A stretch of 63,862 nt of DNA, the filler included, from Reclinomonas americana ATCC 50394 (taxonomy: Eukaryota): assembly GCA_048213135.1 (NCBI GenBank). It is 15 parts of 15 records of this genome, joined end to end, with 100 filler letters (N's around TTAATTAATTAA, not from the genome) between each part and the next. Parts side by side here need not be neighbours in the genome. Positions count along the whole stretch, not along the records: positions 62,728 to 63,862 come from AFZH01022126.1; 14 more parts are not named here. One strand, given 5' to 3'. Position 1 is the stretch's first letter, and each line of letters begins with the position of its first letter. Under the pieces are notes generated by a model. It saw only the letters and a list, made by a program, of their open reading frames with translations. It was not told the DNA's origin and did no database searches. The translations under genes and the position numbers were made by a program. This document shows, piece after piece, positions 63,180 through 63,862 of the stretch.

Positions 63180-63862
63180 GTGAGTGGGAGGATAATGCGG
63201 GGATAAGGGGTGGATAAGGGTAGGGAAAGGGGAAGGGACATGGGAAGAAAGGGTATGGTACTGTGGGCTTCATAGACGCGGCTGAGTCTTACGTCTATGC
63301 GTTGGGTGAGGAGAGGATAAGGGGGGATAAGGGGAGGATAAGGGGAAGGGAAATGGGAAGCGATAGAGAAGGGAAAGGATTGCTCGTGTAAGGTGCTGAG
63401 GAGTGGGAGGATAAGGGAAGGAAAAGGGGAAGGATGGGAAATGGGAAGATGCCTGTTCTGGGGTGCTGTGGGCTTCATAGACACGGCTGAGTCGTACATC
63501 TATGCGTCGGGTGAGGAGAGGATAATGCGGGGATAAGGGGAGGATAACGGGAAGGGTGATGAGGAAGGGAAAGGGGAATTGGAAGAGATACTTCGTGTTT
63601 GGTGCTGAGGACGTGGTACGCAGGGTTGAGTCGTACGTCTATGCGTGGAAGAGGTGAAGGAGAAGGGACTACATAAGAAAGAGAACGAAGGAAAGAAAAA
63701 GAAACTGAGAATTGAGAGTGACAGGAGGCAAAGAATAGAAGTGAGGCCACTCGTGCTGAGTTTGGGTGCATGGTTCTGAGGTCTTGATAGATGCCGCTAT
63801 GTCGTTTGTTTCTGCTTTGAATGAGTAAAGCAGGAGCGATTGCATCGGGAGAGATGCGGAAT

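Overview
Gene-dense, intron-rich eukaryotic genomic scaffold, most likely from a flagellated protist (it carries a CFAP300 orthologue and other ciliary/centriolar genes). Fourteen artificial 100-nt spacers (44 N + TTAATTAATTAA + 44 N) mark assembly gaps. Genes continue in frame across several gaps, so contig order looks real, but true gap sizes are unknown. I assembled spliced genes by hand from GT-AG boundaries: an NLR-like NACHT-pentapeptide-14xWD40 gene, an Sfi1-repeat protein, a TOG/HEAT-PPP1R42(LRRC67)-like fusion, a BTB-BACK-SPRY protein, an N-terminally extended MGCC-GST, CFAP300, a multipass membrane protein, HSD17B10, an EVH1/coiled-coil protein, a TSNAXIP1-like EF-hand protein and one exon of a FAM172A/Arb2 protein. 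The standout feature is a head-to-tail array at 46.6-53.6 kb of five intact and one decayed INTRONLESS 7-bladed WD40 genes. They have near-identical repeat scaffolds, hypervariable top-face positions, mosaic relationships, a shared upstream motif and an almost invariant C-terminal F-box/cullin-box-like tail. This is a candidate diversifying receptor/ubiquitin-ligase adaptor repertoire. A second signal is an unusually common non-consensus 5' splice-site class, GTTGCG/GTTGAG. All family assignments come from motif recognition, not database searches.
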